NCBI GenBank assembly: GCA_044464585.1
Contig: JBIQLF010000004.1
Location: forward strand, 7,487-71,486
Source: Thermomicrobia bacterium
GTDB lineage: Bacteria > Chloroflexota > Chloroflexia > Thermomicrobiales > UBA6265
Reading direction: 5' to 3'
Length of the DNA: 64,000 nt
Shown here: positions 1 to 9,007 of the stretch, in pieces
Position numbering within the stretch: the stretch's first letter is position 1
Layout of the letters: each line of letters opens with the position of its first letter
Translations under genes and position numbers: made by a program
Notes under the pieces: generated by a model
Database searches by the model: none
Told to the model about the DNA's origin: nothing
Seen by the model: the letters and a program-made list of their open reading frames with translations, nothing else

Positions 1-35
1 CCAAAACCTCGCGTTGCCATGTCACATCCTTTCCC

Positions 36-740
36 TCAGTTCGAATTGCGCGGGAACCCGAGCCCCAACCGCCGCAACGAGGTGTGGCCGTTGCTGCCGA
101 CGATGAGATGATCGAGCACATCGATTTCCAGCAGCTTGCCCGCCTGGTCGAGCTCGACGGTCAACGCGATATCGGCAGCCGATGGCGCCGGATCCCCCGA
201 TGGATGATTGTGCACGACGACGAGCGATGCCGCATTTTGCCGGACGGCATCCTGAAAGACTTCCCCGATACGAACCTGCGCCTGATTGACGCTTCCTCGA
301 TAGATCGTCCGGATGGCGAGCACCTTATGTTTGGTATCGACGAGCACCACCCGCAACTGCTCGTGGTCGAGCGCGGCCATTTCCGGCCCCACCAAGCGAA
401 TGACATCCTCCGGCGAGGAAATCCGGGTCCGGTCGTCGGGATCGAGCGCCACGACCCGATTCGCCAGCTCCAACGCCGCCCGCAAGCGTGTCGCTTTCGC
501 CGGCCCGACTCCGTGAATAGCGGTGAGCTCGGCGAGATCGAGCCGGGTCAACCCACGGAGTCCGCCGTTCTCGTTCAGAATCCGCTCGGAGAGCTTGATG
601 ACGCTCTCGCCCGCGGTGCCCGTGTTCAGCAGGATTGCGATCAGCTCGCTGGTCTTGAGCTGCGACGATCCCCAGCGCAACATCCGCTCCCGCGGCTGCT
701 CGTCCGGCAGCATCTCGCGGACGCCATTGGTCCGTCCCAC
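36..740 (-). CDS. radC: RadC-family JAB/MPN-domain protein (UPF0758)
   Basis: 234-aa ORF. HhH-like segment LAELTAIHGVGPAKATRL followed by the JAMM-type motif HNHPSGDPAPSAAD, the usual RadC architecture. Alternative start at Met10 (713). Confidence 0.85.
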   Translation of the reverse strand: MGRTNGVREMLPDEQPRERMLRWGSSQLKTSELIAILLNTGTAGESVIKLSERILNENGGLRGLTRLDLAELTAIHGVGPAKATRLRAALELANRVVALDPDDRTRISSPEDVIRLVGPEMAALDHEQLRVVLVDTKHKVLAIRTIYRGSVNQAQVRIGEVFQDAVRQNAASLVVVHNHPSGDPAPSAADIALTVELDQAGKLLEIDVLDHLIVGSNGHTSLRRLGLGFPRNSN

Positions 741-948
741 CCGGCCCTCCGACCCATCGTTTTCAACAGTCGATTTTCAGGGGATTGTAGCCTCTGTTCC
801 GGAATACCGTACGGCCCGGACGAACGTGGTCTGGGAAGGTGCATGGTATCCTCTCAAGTCGATCGGACAGCTTCGAAATCGACGTTTTTCCTGTCGATCG
901 ACCCAGACTGATCCCGACTATCCATCACGCATTTCAGGAGAAACGACC

Positions 949-1911
949 TTGGCCCTCGGCCGACTTTTCAAACGGCGAGCCCACCCCGATCCGCAACTGG
1001 AGCAGGCCCTCGAAAAGACCCGGAAGAGCGTCTTCAGCGAGATCAGCCGTCTATTCGAGCGGGAGTCGATCGACGAAGAGCTCTACGAAGATCTGGAGAT
1101 GTTGCTCATCCAGGCCGATGTCGGTTGGGATGTCACGCAGCAGCTCATCCAAAGTATGCGGCGCAAAGTCGCCGAGGGCCGCATCATCGATCCGGGCTAC
1201 GCTCGCGAGATCCTGCGTTGGGACATGGTCGAGCTTCTGGAAGAAGCAACCCGTAACCGCCAGGTGAAGATTCTTCAGCGCGGAGTCCCGTACGTGATCA
1301 TGGTCGTGGGCGTCAATGGCGTCGGCAAGACGACCTCGATTGCCAAGCTGGCTGCCTACCATCAGGGGTTTGGCCGGTCGGTCCTGCTCGCGGCGGGCGA
1401 CACCTTCCGCGCCGCTGCCATCGACCAATTGAAGATCTGGGGCGAACGTATTGGCGTGCCAGTGGTGGCGCACGAACCGGGGGCCGATCCGGGTGCCGTC
1501 GTATTCGATGCCATGCAGGCCGCCTATGCGCGCGATCGCGATGTGCTCATCGTCGATACCGCCGGTCGCCTGCACACGAAATTCAATCTGATGGAAGAAC
1601 TCAAGAAACTGCGCAAGATCATGCAAAAACATGTCGAGGAAGCGCCACAGGAAGTGCTGCTGGTCATCGATGCCACCACCGGTCAGAACGGTCTGCTCCA
1701 GGCGCAAAAATTCGCCGAGTCGGTCGAAATCACCGACATCATGATCGCCAAGCTCGACAGCACGGCCAAGGGTGGCATCGCATTCTCGGTGTCGAAGGAG
1801 CTCGGTGTGCCAATTTCCTATATCGGCACTGGCGAAAAGGTCACCGACATGGCTGAATTCCATCCGGAGTCGTATGTCGATGCGCTCTTCTTCAGCGCGG
1901 AGGAAGGCTGA
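949..1911 (+). CDS. ftsY: SRP receptor FtsY (short form, N+G domains only)
   Basis: SRP-GTPase motifs [16 protein letters not shown] and [10 protein letters not shown]. The track ORF starts at 523, but that part is antisense to radC. An in-frame TTG at 949 is preceded by AGGAG (936-940). Confidence 0.9.
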   Translation: MALGRLFKRRAHPDPQLEQALEKTRKSVFSEISRLFERESIDEELYEDLEMLLIQADVGWDVTQQLIQSMRRKVAEGRIIDPGYAREILRWDMVELLEEATRNRQVKILQRGVPYVIMVVGVNGVGKTTSIAKLAAYHQGFGRSVLLAAGDTFRAAAIDQLKIWGERIGVPVVAHEPGADPGAVVFDAMQAAYARDRDVLIVDTAGRLHTKFNLMEELKKLRKIMQKHVEEAPQEVLLVIDATTGQNGLLQAQKFAESVEITDIMIAKLDSTAKGGIAFSVSKELGVPISYIGTGEKVTDMAEFHPESYVDALFFSAEEG

Positions 1912-1914
1912 TCC

Positions 1915-3264
1915 ATGTTCGAAACGCTTTCGGACCGTCTGAACCAATCGCTGAGCAAACTCTCCCGCAAGGGGAATCTCACCGAGCAGGATGTCGACGA
2001 GGCGATGCGCGAAGTCCGGCGCGCCTTGCTCGAAGCCGATGTCAACTTCAAAGTCGCCAAGGATTTCATTGCGGCCGTTCGGGAACGCGCGGTCGGGCAG
2101 GATGTGCTCAAATCGCTGACGCCAGGTCAGACGGTGATTTCGATCGTCAACGAAGAGCTCATCGAGATTCTGGGCAAGGAGCGCGAACCGCTCGCGCTGC
2201 CAGACCGTCCGCCCCAGATCATCATGCTGGTCGGTCTGCAGGGCTCCGGTAAGACGACGCATGCCGCCAAACTGGCAACGCTCCTGCGCAAGGAGGGGCG
2301 CTTGCCGCTGTTGGTCGCCGCGGATGTCTACCGGCCGGCCGCCATCAAGCAATTGCAGACATTGGGGCGGCAGATCGACATCCCAGTCTATGAGGAAGGC
2401 ACATCCGCCAACCCGATCGACATCGCGCAACATGCCCTTCAATACGCCAGGGAACGTGGGTACAGCACCGTCATCATCGACACGGCCGGTCGCCTGCAGA
2501 TCGACGATCGCATGATGAACGAGGTCGCCGAAATCGAGCGGACCGTCCAACCTACCGAGGTCCTGCTGGTTGCGGATGCCATGACCGGTCAGGAAGCGGT
2601 CAATGTGGCCGGTGCCTTCCACGAAAAACTGGGGATCACCGGTCTGATCCTGACGAAGATGGACGGCGATGCCCGGGGTGGCGCGGCGCTTTCGATTCGC
2701 GCCGTCACCGGCGTGCCCATCAAGTTCATCGGCACCGGTGAAAAGATGGACGCCCTGGAGCCGTTCTATCCGCAGCGGTTGGCCAGCCGTATCCTCGGTA
2801 TGGGCGATGTGCTTTCGCTCATCGAACGCGCGCAGGAGCAAACAACCGAAGAAGACGCCAAGGATCTCCAGGCGCGGCTGACCAAGGGCCAATTCAATCT
2901 CGAGGATTTTCTCGACCAGATCCAGAAGATCAAGAAGATGGGCCCGCTGAGTTCTCTGCTGGAGATGATTCCCGGGATGGGGCAGCAACTGCGCCAGGCG
3001 AAGGCCGAGATCTCCGATGATGACTACAAGCGCATCGAAGCCATCATCTACTCGATGACCTTCGAGGAACGACGGCGACCGCAGATCATCGATGGTCGTC
3101 GCCGGCGCCGCATTGCGAAGGGGAGTGGCACCACGCGCGAAGAAGTCTCGCAGCTCATCAAGCAATTCGAAGAGATGCGCAAGATGATGGCGCAGATGGG
3201 TTCGATGTCGAAAAAAGGCAAGCTCCCCCGCGGACTCAAGGGACTGCCATTCGACTTCAACTAA
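1915..3264 (+). CDS. ffh: Signal recognition particle protein Ffh (SRP54)
   Basis: 449 aa. Motifs GLQGSGKTT, DTAGRLQ and TKMDGDARGG, with a Met-rich M domain (EMRKMMAQMGSM). Starts 3 nt after the ftsY stop. Confidence 0.95.
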   Translation: MFETLSDRLNQSLSKLSRKGNLTEQDVDEAMREVRRALLEADVNFKVAKDFIAAVRERAVGQDVLKSLTPGQTVISIVNEELIEILGKEREPLALPDRPPQIIMLVGLQGSGKTTHAAKLATLLRKEGRLPLLVAADVYRPAAIKQLQTLGRQIDIPVYEEGTSANPIDIAQHALQYARERGYSTVIIDTAGRLQIDDRMMNEVAEIERTVQPTEVLLVADAMTGQEAVNVAGAFHEKLGITGLILTKMDGDARGGAALSIRAVTGVPIKFIGTGEKMDALEPFYPQRLASRILGMGDVLSLIERAQEQTTEEDAKDLQARLTKGQFNLEDFLDQIQKIKKMGPLSSLLEMIPGMGQQLRQAKAEISDDDYKRIEAIIYSMTFEERRRPQIIDGRRRRRIAKGSGTTREEVSQLIKQFEEMRKMMAQMGSMSKKGKLPRGLKGLPFDFN

Positions 3265-3346
3265 CGAATGGTAAGGTGGTAATTCAAGAACAGGGCACGT
3301 ACAATTTCGGCATGGAGATCATCGTGCTTACTATCGAGAGGTTCTT

Positions 3347-3895
3347 ATGAGCGCCACCGGAGTTACTGTCTATACCACGTCCACCTGTCCCTGGTGCGAT
3401 CGCGTCAAGGACTTTTTGGGCAAAGCCGGCGTACCGTACGAGGAGAAGCGAGTCGATAGCGACTACAACGCGGCCATGGAGATGATCCAGCGGTCGGGCC
3501 AGCAGGGTGTGCCGGTCATCGCTGCCGACAACGAGGTGATTGTTGGATTCGATCAGCCGCGGCTTGCGCGAATCGTCGAGCGGTACGGTCGCCCGAAGCG
3601 AGCGCCGCTCGGGTTGTTGGCGGCCGACACATCCAGTTACTTTGCCAATCACCCCGATATCGCGGCGACGTACCCGGAGGGGTCTCGCGGCATTTTCGTC
3701 GGCGAAGTGAAACCGGGCAGCGTCGCCGAGAAGGCCGGCATCCGGCGAGGCGATATCATCACCTCGGTCGCTGGCAAGCGGGTGAAGAATATGGCCACCC
3801 TCGATCAACTGATCGATACGTTGGAGTCTGGACAGGGTGTGAAAGCCCGATTCGTGCGCCCGGACGAGAGCGGCGAGACGACCTTCCAATTCTGA
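3347..3895 (+). CDS. Glutaredoxin-like (CPWC) domain fused to a PDZ domain
   Basis: N-terminal YTTSTCPWCDRVKDFL...GVPVI thioredoxin-fold pattern. C-terminal PDZ-like segment GIFVGEVKPGSVAEKAGIRRGDIITSVAGKRV. GAGAGG lies upstream of the ATG. Confidence 0.75.
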   Translation: MSATGVTVYTTSTCPWCDRVKDFLGKAGVPYEEKRVDSDYNAAMEMIQRSGQQGVPVIAADNEVIVGFDQPRLARIVERYGRPKRAPLGLLAADTSSYFANHPDIAATYPEGSRGIFVGEVKPGSVAEKAGIRRGDIITSVAGKRVKNMATLDQLIDTLESGQGVKARFVRPDESGETTFQF

Positions 3896-3911
3896 GCCGA
3901 GCCGTTTCAGT

Positions 3912-3943
3912 CAAGGCGCATCCCCTGCCTGGGATGCGCCTTG
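3912..3943 (+). terminator. Perfect 13-bp stem hairpin after the grx-PDZ gene (putative terminator)
   Basis: caaggcgcatccc (3912-3924), loop ctgcct, then gggatgcgccttg (3931-3943), which is the exact reverse complement. There is no clear U-tract. Confidence 0.5.
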
Positions 3944-3971
3944 AGCATTTCGACCCGGAGCAACATCGCCC

Positions 3972-4460
3972 ATGTTCGATCCGAGCCATACAGATCTGGC
4001 CCTCCGCGTCATCGCGGCGATCGTTTGCGGTGGGGTCATCGGGTTCGAACGGCAAGTCCGGTCGCATGCCGCCGGGATGCGTACCCATGCGCTGGCGGCC
4101 GAGGGTGCCGCGCTCTTTGCCATCATGGGCATCATGATTGCGAGCGAAGCCCACAAGATCGGCTACGCGGGCGCAGATCCGACGCGCGTTGCATCGACCG
4201 TCGTCCAGGGAATCGGTTTTCTCGCGGCTGGGGTGATCTTCGGATCGGGTGCCCGGGTCAAGGGATTGACCACGGCGGCGGGACTCTGGACGACCGCCGC
4301 CATCGGCTTGTTGTGCGGCGGTGGATTTTTCGGAGTCGCGATTTTCGCCACGTTCACCACGGTCATTCTCCTCTCCGTCTTCAAGGTCGTCGAAGATCAG
4401 CTCGATGATACGACCGGACGCAAAGGAAAACGAAACCACGATCTGCTCGCGGAGGATTGA
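3972..4460 (+). CDS. mgtC: MgtC/SapB-family membrane protein
   Basis: 162 aa. LALRVIAAIVCGGVIGFERQ...AGMRTH...GIGFLAAGVIF...GLTTAAGLWTTAAIGLLCGGG is the typical MgtC N-terminal membrane-domain pattern. Confidence 0.8.
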   Translation: MFDPSHTDLALRVIAAIVCGGVIGFERQVRSHAAGMRTHALAAEGAALFAIMGIMIASEAHKIGYAGADPTRVASTVVQGIGFLAAGVIFGSGARVKGLTTAAGLWTTAAIGLLCGGGFFGVAIFATFTTVILLSVFKVVEDQLDDTTGRKGKRNHDLLAED

Positions 4461-4461
4461 C

Positions 4462-5013
4462 TCACGCCGCTTCGCGATCCAATGTCCGAATCAGTCTCAG
4501 CTGGAAACGCCGGTCGAAGCTGGGCGCGCAGCGGCCGCACGACCAGACCCCGGTGCGGCTGCGCGGAACTTCCATCCGGCATTCGGGACAGGCGTAGATA
4601 TATTTCGGCCCGCGGCGTTTGACCGGTTTCACGCACGAACGCACCTCCTCCATCGATGCGCCCGTGAGCTCGCTGACCTGTACCGCGATCCGATCGTATC
4701 CATGACGGGCATGGCGACGCCGGTCGCCGTCGATCCGGTGGCGCATATGGAGCAGCTCTTCGCACACGACGATTTCGAGCGCATTCGGCCGCGACAATTC
4801 GATTCGGCGCAAATTGATCAGGATCAGATGCTTTCGCCGGCCGGGATGATAGACATACGCTCCCCCGATGGAACCACCGACTGTGCGTCCGACCCATTCG
4901 TTATAGATCCGGCGGTCGGTCGTCACCCAGAGATCGTCAGTGGGCAGATCGAGTTTCCTGATATACGTTTGCAGATGTGGAAGGACGCGATCGTCGTCGA
5001 GAGCGAGGAACAT
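4462..5013 (-). CDS. SprT-like / zinc-ribbon protein (degenerate metalloprotease motif)
   Basis: 183 aa. The central VVCEELLHMRH resembles an HExxH region but has no His before the EE. C-terminal four-Cys zinc ribbon: CPECRMEVPRSRTGVWSCGRC. Confidence 0.5.
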   Translation of the reverse strand: MFLALDDDRVLPHLQTYIRKLDLPTDDLWVTTDRRIYNEWVGRTVGGSIGGAYVYHPGRRKHLILINLRRIELSRPNALEIVVCEELLHMRHRIDGDRRRHARHGYDRIAVQVSELTGASMEEVRSCVKPVKRRGPKYIYACPECRMEVPRSRTGVWSCGRCAPSFDRRFQLRLIRTLDREAA

Positions 5014-5117
5014 GAACCGGGTGAGCCTTTTCGGGGAACAGCAATGGATTGTGATGCATCCATGAGGTGCGGCGACATTCTACCGCGTGGCACGGTCGGG
5101 GTGGCGCGGTGCGGGCT

Positions 5118-5534
5118 ATGAGCGAATCCGCATTGGAGCGGCCCCATCTGGCGATCGTATCGGACGATTTGTCGCTGTCCCGGTTCTTGACCGAGGGACT
5201 CGTCTACGAGGGCTTCTGGACGAGCGCCATCGGTAGCGGACTCCAGTTCCTGGAAGTGCTGCGCTTGCGTTCGTTCGAGGGAGTCGTTCTCGATGCCGGT
5301 CTTGGTGACATTAGTGTCGACGAGGTACTCCGGCGGATGCGAGGCACATCGGACCGGGTGGCCGACGATTCGGCCCGAACCGATATGCCGGCCATGGTCA
5401 TCTCCGGTTTTCCCGGCGAGATTTCGCCGGCCGCGGTCCAGGAAGCTGGCGGTCAGGGATTGCTGGAACCTCCGTTGGAGATCGAGGACGTGGCCGCGGC
5501 CATCCTGGCTATCCTCACTCAGGACGGACTGTAG
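5118..5534 (+). CDS. Stand-alone CheY-like receiver domain (degenerate)
   Basis: Receiver-like pattern LAIVSDD...VVLDAGLGD...AMVISGFP...LLEPPL. The position of the conserved Lys appears to be Glu. ATG at 5118 chosen over the track start 5067. Confidence 0.5.
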   Translation: MSESALERPHLAIVSDDLSLSRFLTEGLVYEGFWTSAIGSGLQFLEVLRLRSFEGVVLDAGLGDISVDEVLRRMRGTSDRVADDSARTDMPAMVISGFPGEISPAAVQEAGGQGLLEPPLEIEDVAAAILAILTQDGL

Positions 5535-6196
5535 GCTTCCGTGATGCTCCCTGTTACCGAATAGACCACGAACTCGCAGATGTTCTCGGTCCGGTCGCCG
5601 ATTCGCTCCAGATTGTGCGCTGCCCATAACAAATGCGTTGCCCGGTTGATCGTGTGCTGATCCTGCATCATATAAGTCAGCAGCTCCCGGTAGACCTGGT
5701 TGTAGAGTTCATCGATCTCGTCGTCCATGGCCATCGTCCGGCGCGCAAGTTCGGCATCGGACCGGACGAATGCGTCCATGGCCGCGGCGAGCATCGCCTG
5801 GGCAGTCTGCGCCATTCGAGGAATATCGACCAATGGTTTCAATTGCGGCTCGTTCGCGGTCATGAGCACGATCTTGGCGTTTCCGGCCGCATGATCGCCC
5901 ATTCGCTCCAGCTCGGAGATGATATGCAGGCCAGCTGCGATCTGACGCAAATCGCCCGCCATCGGCGCCTGCATGGCGATCACCGCCAGGGCTTCTCCTT
6001 CCAGACTCCAGCGGAGTTCGTTGATGTCGCGGTCTCCCTGGATGACCTGCTCCGCGAGTGCGACATCCTGGTTCTTGAGTGCATCGGTCGACCGGGCAAT
6101 CGCCTGATCGACCATGGAGCTCAGGCGAAGAACCTGATCTCGCAGATGACTGAGACTGCGCACGTACTCCTGGCGGGCCATCGTGCCTCCGTTCAT
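5519..6196 (-). CDS. phoU: Phosphate-signalling regulator PhoU
   Basis: Two PhoU repeats (INELRWSLEGEA...ERMGDHA and DDEIDELYNQV...ERIGDRTENI). Last gene of the pst operon. Possible starts at 6220, 6196 and 6181, with GGAGG before the latter two. Confidence 0.9.
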   Translation of the reverse strand: MNGGTMARQEYVRSLSHLRDQVLRLSSMVDQAIARSTDALKNQDVALAEQVIQGDRDINELRWSLEGEALAVIAMQAPMAGDLRQIAAGLHIISELERMGDHAAGNAKIVLMTANEPQLKPLVDIPRMAQTAQAMLAAAMDAFVRSDAELARRTMAMDDEIDELYNQVYRELLTYMMQDQHTINRATHLLWAAHNLERIGDRTENICEFVVYSVTGSITEAYSPS

Positions 6197-6212
6197 GGGG
6201 GACCTCCAAGGA

Positions 6213-7031
6213 TCATCCAAACCGCCCCGTGATGTAGTCCTCAGTCCGGCTATCTCGGGGATTGGTGAAGAGTTGACGAGTTGGGCTCGATTCGACCAGT
6301 ATGCCCATCCGGTGTTCTCCGAGGGAGAAGAAAACGGTCTGGTCCGAAACCCGGGCTGCCTGCTGCATATTGTGCGTCACAATTGCAATGGTGTAATTCT
6401 GCGCCAGTTCGCGCATCAAGTCCTCGATGCGAAGGGTAGAGATGGGATCCAGCGCGGAACACGGTTCATCCATGAGGATGACATCCGGGTTGTTCGCCAA
6501 TGCCCGCGCGATACAGAGTCGCTGCTGTTGGCCGCCTGACAACGCCAATCCGCTCTGATCCAGCTTGTCCTTGACCTCGTCCCAAAGCGCCGCCGATCGC
6601 AAGCACCACTCGACCAAATCGTCCATACCCTGGCGGATGCCATTGACCTTGGCGCCCCAGGCAACATTGTCGTAGATGCTCTTCGGAAACGGATTCGGTT
6701 TCTGAAAAACCATTCCGATCCGCCGTCGCACCATGACCGGATCGACATCGGGAGCCAGAATATCGTCTCCCCGGAACAGAATCCGTCCATCCACCCGGGC
6801 TGCCGGAATCAGGTCGTTCATGCGGTTGATGCAGCGCAGAACGGTGCTCTTGCCACACCCGGACGGTCCGATCATGGCGGTGATGCTGTTCTTAGCAATA
6901 TCGAACGACACCCCTCCGACCGCGTGGAACGAACCGTAATGGACATTCAGGTCACGAATCTGGATCGCTATTTCGCCGGCCTCCTCTGCATCCGCCGGTT
7001 CCAGCACAAATGAGCGTTCGAACTGCGACAT
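6213..7031 (-). CDS. pstB: Phosphate ABC transporter ATP-binding protein PstB
   Basis: Walker [10 protein letters not shown], signature LSGGQQQRL, Walker B ILMDEP, and the PstB-typical C-terminus YITGRFG. Confidence 0.95.
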   Translation of the reverse strand: MSQFERSFVLEPADAEEAGEIAIQIRDLNVHYGSFHAVGGVSFDIAKNSITAMIGPSGCGKSTVLRCINRMNDLIPAARVDGRILFRGDDILAPDVDPVMVRRRIGMVFQKPNPFPKSIYDNVAWGAKVNGIRQGMDDLVEWCLRSAALWDEVKDKLDQSGLALSGGQQQRLCIARALANNPDVILMDEPCSALDPISTLRIEDLMRELAQNYTIAIVTHNMQQAARVSDQTVFFSLGEHRMGILVESSPTRQLFTNPRDSRTEDYITGRFG

Positions 7032-7035
7032 CGAT

Positions 7036-7938
7036 TTACCACCGGTTCCTGGCGCTGAATCGCTGCCGCACGATGATCGCGATCAGATTCATCGATATGA
7101 GCAGCGCCAGCATGACGATGATGCCCGCGAACGCCAACCCGCGGAATCCGGGCTGGGGGCGAGACATCCAGTTGTAGATCTGTATCGGAAGAGTCGTATA
7201 CGAATCGAAGAAGCCGGTCGGCTTGGCGGTCAGAAAACCGGCCGCGCCAGCTACCAGCAATGGCGCGGTCTCGCCGATTGCCCGGGAAACCGCCAGAATC
7301 ACCCCGGTCAGGATACCCGGCACAGCCGCCGGAAGCACATGCGAGACCGTCACTTGCCACCGGGTGGCGCCAACACCATACGCAGCTTCACGCAGCGACC
7401 AGGGAATTGCTCGCAAGGCTTCCTGACTGGTGATGATGATCACCGGCAGGCTCAGCAACGCCATCGTCAGCGCGCCGGCCAGCACCACCCGCCCCAGATG
7501 CATCCATTCGACGAAGATGCCGAGTCCCAGCAGACCATAGACCACCGATGGCACCCCGGCGAGATTGGAGATATTGATCTGCAACATACGGGTCCAGCGG
7601 TTCTTGGGAGCATATTCTTCGAGATAGATTGCGGCCGCCAACCCCATCGGAAACGCCACCAGCACCGTCAGCGAGATAATCCACAACGTGCCCGAAAGCG
7701 CGATGGCCAACCCGGCCCGTTCCGGTTTGCGTGATGGCGCGTTCGTCAGCAACCCCCAGCTCAGCCACCGCCAACCGTTGCTGACGATGTACCAGAGCAA
7801 AACCGCCAGCACGATCACCGCGAACATCGTGGCGGCAAGCAAGACCCAGCGCATGATGGTCGCGAAACGTTGCCGCCCCGGCAGGTTACCCATTGCTTGC
7901 AGCGATTCGGATCCGGCGTCGAGCTCGGGAGGGGTCAT
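7036..7938 (-). CDS. pstA: Phosphate ABC transporter permease PstA
   Basis: 300-aa polytopic permease lying between pstC and pstB, with an EAA-like loop ([14 protein letters not shown]). Confidence 0.9.
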   Translation of the reverse strand: MTPPELDAGSESLQAMGNLPGRQRFATIMRWVLLAATMFAVIVLAVLLWYIVSNGWRWLSWGLLTNAPSRKPERAGLAIALSGTLWIISLTVLVAFPMGLAAAIYLEEYAPKNRWTRMLQINISNLAGVPSVVYGLLGLGIFVEWMHLGRVVLAGALTMALLSLPVIIITSQEALRAIPWSLREAAYGVGATRWQVTVSHVLPAAVPGILTGVILAVSRAIGETAPLLVAGAAGFLTAKPTGFFDSYTTLPIQIYNWMSRPQPGFRGLAFAGIIVMLALLISMNLIAIIVRQRFSARNRW

Positions 7939-8915
7939 TGGTATTCCTCACGAAACCGCCGGACGAACCAATGACTGAAGATATTGAGGGCGAGCGTCAT
8001 GATGAACAGCAAAAGCCCCACCGCAAAAAGCGAATAGAAAATGGTCGATCCGCGTGGCGCATCGCCGGAAACGACCTGGATGATATAGCCGGTCATCGTT
8101 TCTCCCGGCTCCAGTGGATTAGTGACAATCTGCGCTTTGGCTCCGGCCGCCAGCGCCACGATCATCGTCTCACCGACGGCGCGCGAAGCCGCCAGGATGA
8201 ACGATGCCACGATGCCCGAAAGCGCGGCCGGTACGATGATGCGGCTGGACACTTCGAATTTGGTGGCGCCAAGCGCATATGCGCCTTCACGCATCGAACG
8301 CGGGACCGATCGAATCGCATCTTCCGAAAGGGAAGCGATGAGTGGCACGATCATGATCCCGACCGCAATCGACGCGGCCAGCACGTTGTAGACGACTGTC
8401 TGCGGCCAAATCCGTTTGAGAATTTCCGGTGTAATGAAGGTCAGCGCGAAAAACCCATAGATGATCGTTGGAATCCCGGCCAGCAATTCCAGACTCGGCT
8501 TCAGGATCGAGCGGGTTCTGGGCGACGCATATTCGCTCAGATAGAGCGCGCTCATCAGACCCAGGGGAATCGCCACGATCATCGACAGAAACGTGACCAT
8601 CAGGGTAGCGGAAACGAGCGGCAATACCCCCCACGATTGCTGGTTCGGAAAGAGCGCGGTCCATTCGAGACCAGTCAGGAAATCGAGAACCGGCACTTCG
8701 GCGAAGAATTTCACCGCCTGCGCCACCAGCACGACCACGATCCCGATCGTGGTCAATACCGAAACGATTGCGCAGCACAGCAGAAAGATGCCCGCGGCCT
8801 TTTCGGTCAGATGCTGGCGGCGCAAGAGTTTCTGATCGACGTAGGAGCCCCCGGGCCGAAAAAACGGCACAGTCTCGCCCCAACCCTCTTCGCGTTTCAG
8901 CGGCTCAGTGGTCAT
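7935..8915 (-). CDS. pstC: Phosphate ABC transporter permease PstC
   Basis: Polytopic permease with the loop MREGAYALGATKFE. Its stop overlaps the pstA start. ATG at 8915 preferred; the track start at 8939 is a TTG. Confidence 0.9.
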   Translation of the reverse strand: MTTEPLKREEGWGETVPFFRPGGSYVDQKLLRRQHLTEKAAGIFLLCCAIVSVLTTIGIVVVLVAQAVKFFAEVPVLDFLTGLEWTALFPNQQSWGVLPLVSATLMVTFLSMIVAIPLGLMSALYLSEYASPRTRSILKPSLELLAGIPTIIYGFFALTFITPEILKRIWPQTVVYNVLAASIAVGIMIVPLIASLSEDAIRSVPRSMREGAYALGATKFEVSSRIIVPAALSGIVASFILAASRAVGETMIVALAAGAKAQIVTNPLEPGETMTGYIIQVVSGDAPRGSTIFYSLFAVGLLLFIMTLALNIFSHWFVRRFREEYQ

Positions 8916-9007
8916 GAATGATCGTCGCCCAATCCCCAATATGGGATTCTAAACCGTCCGGCACGATTGCCGGTGGCGACCGGAACGGTCCAGACTGGCG
9001 CTGCGGA

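Noticed and set aside
741-948. Possible SRP (4.5S) RNA next to ftsY/ffh
   Set aside because: GGTCTGGGAAGG superficially resembles the SRP RNA domain IV. However, the conserved GGAAGGAAGCAGC/GGCAG symmetric-loop sequences are absent.
1051-3165. 704-aa ORF on the minus strand spanning ftsY and ffh
   Set aside because: It is antisense to two genes with unambiguous SRP-GTPase motifs. Its translation is Arg/Gly/Asp/His-rich with no motifs, which is typical of a high-GC shadow ORF.
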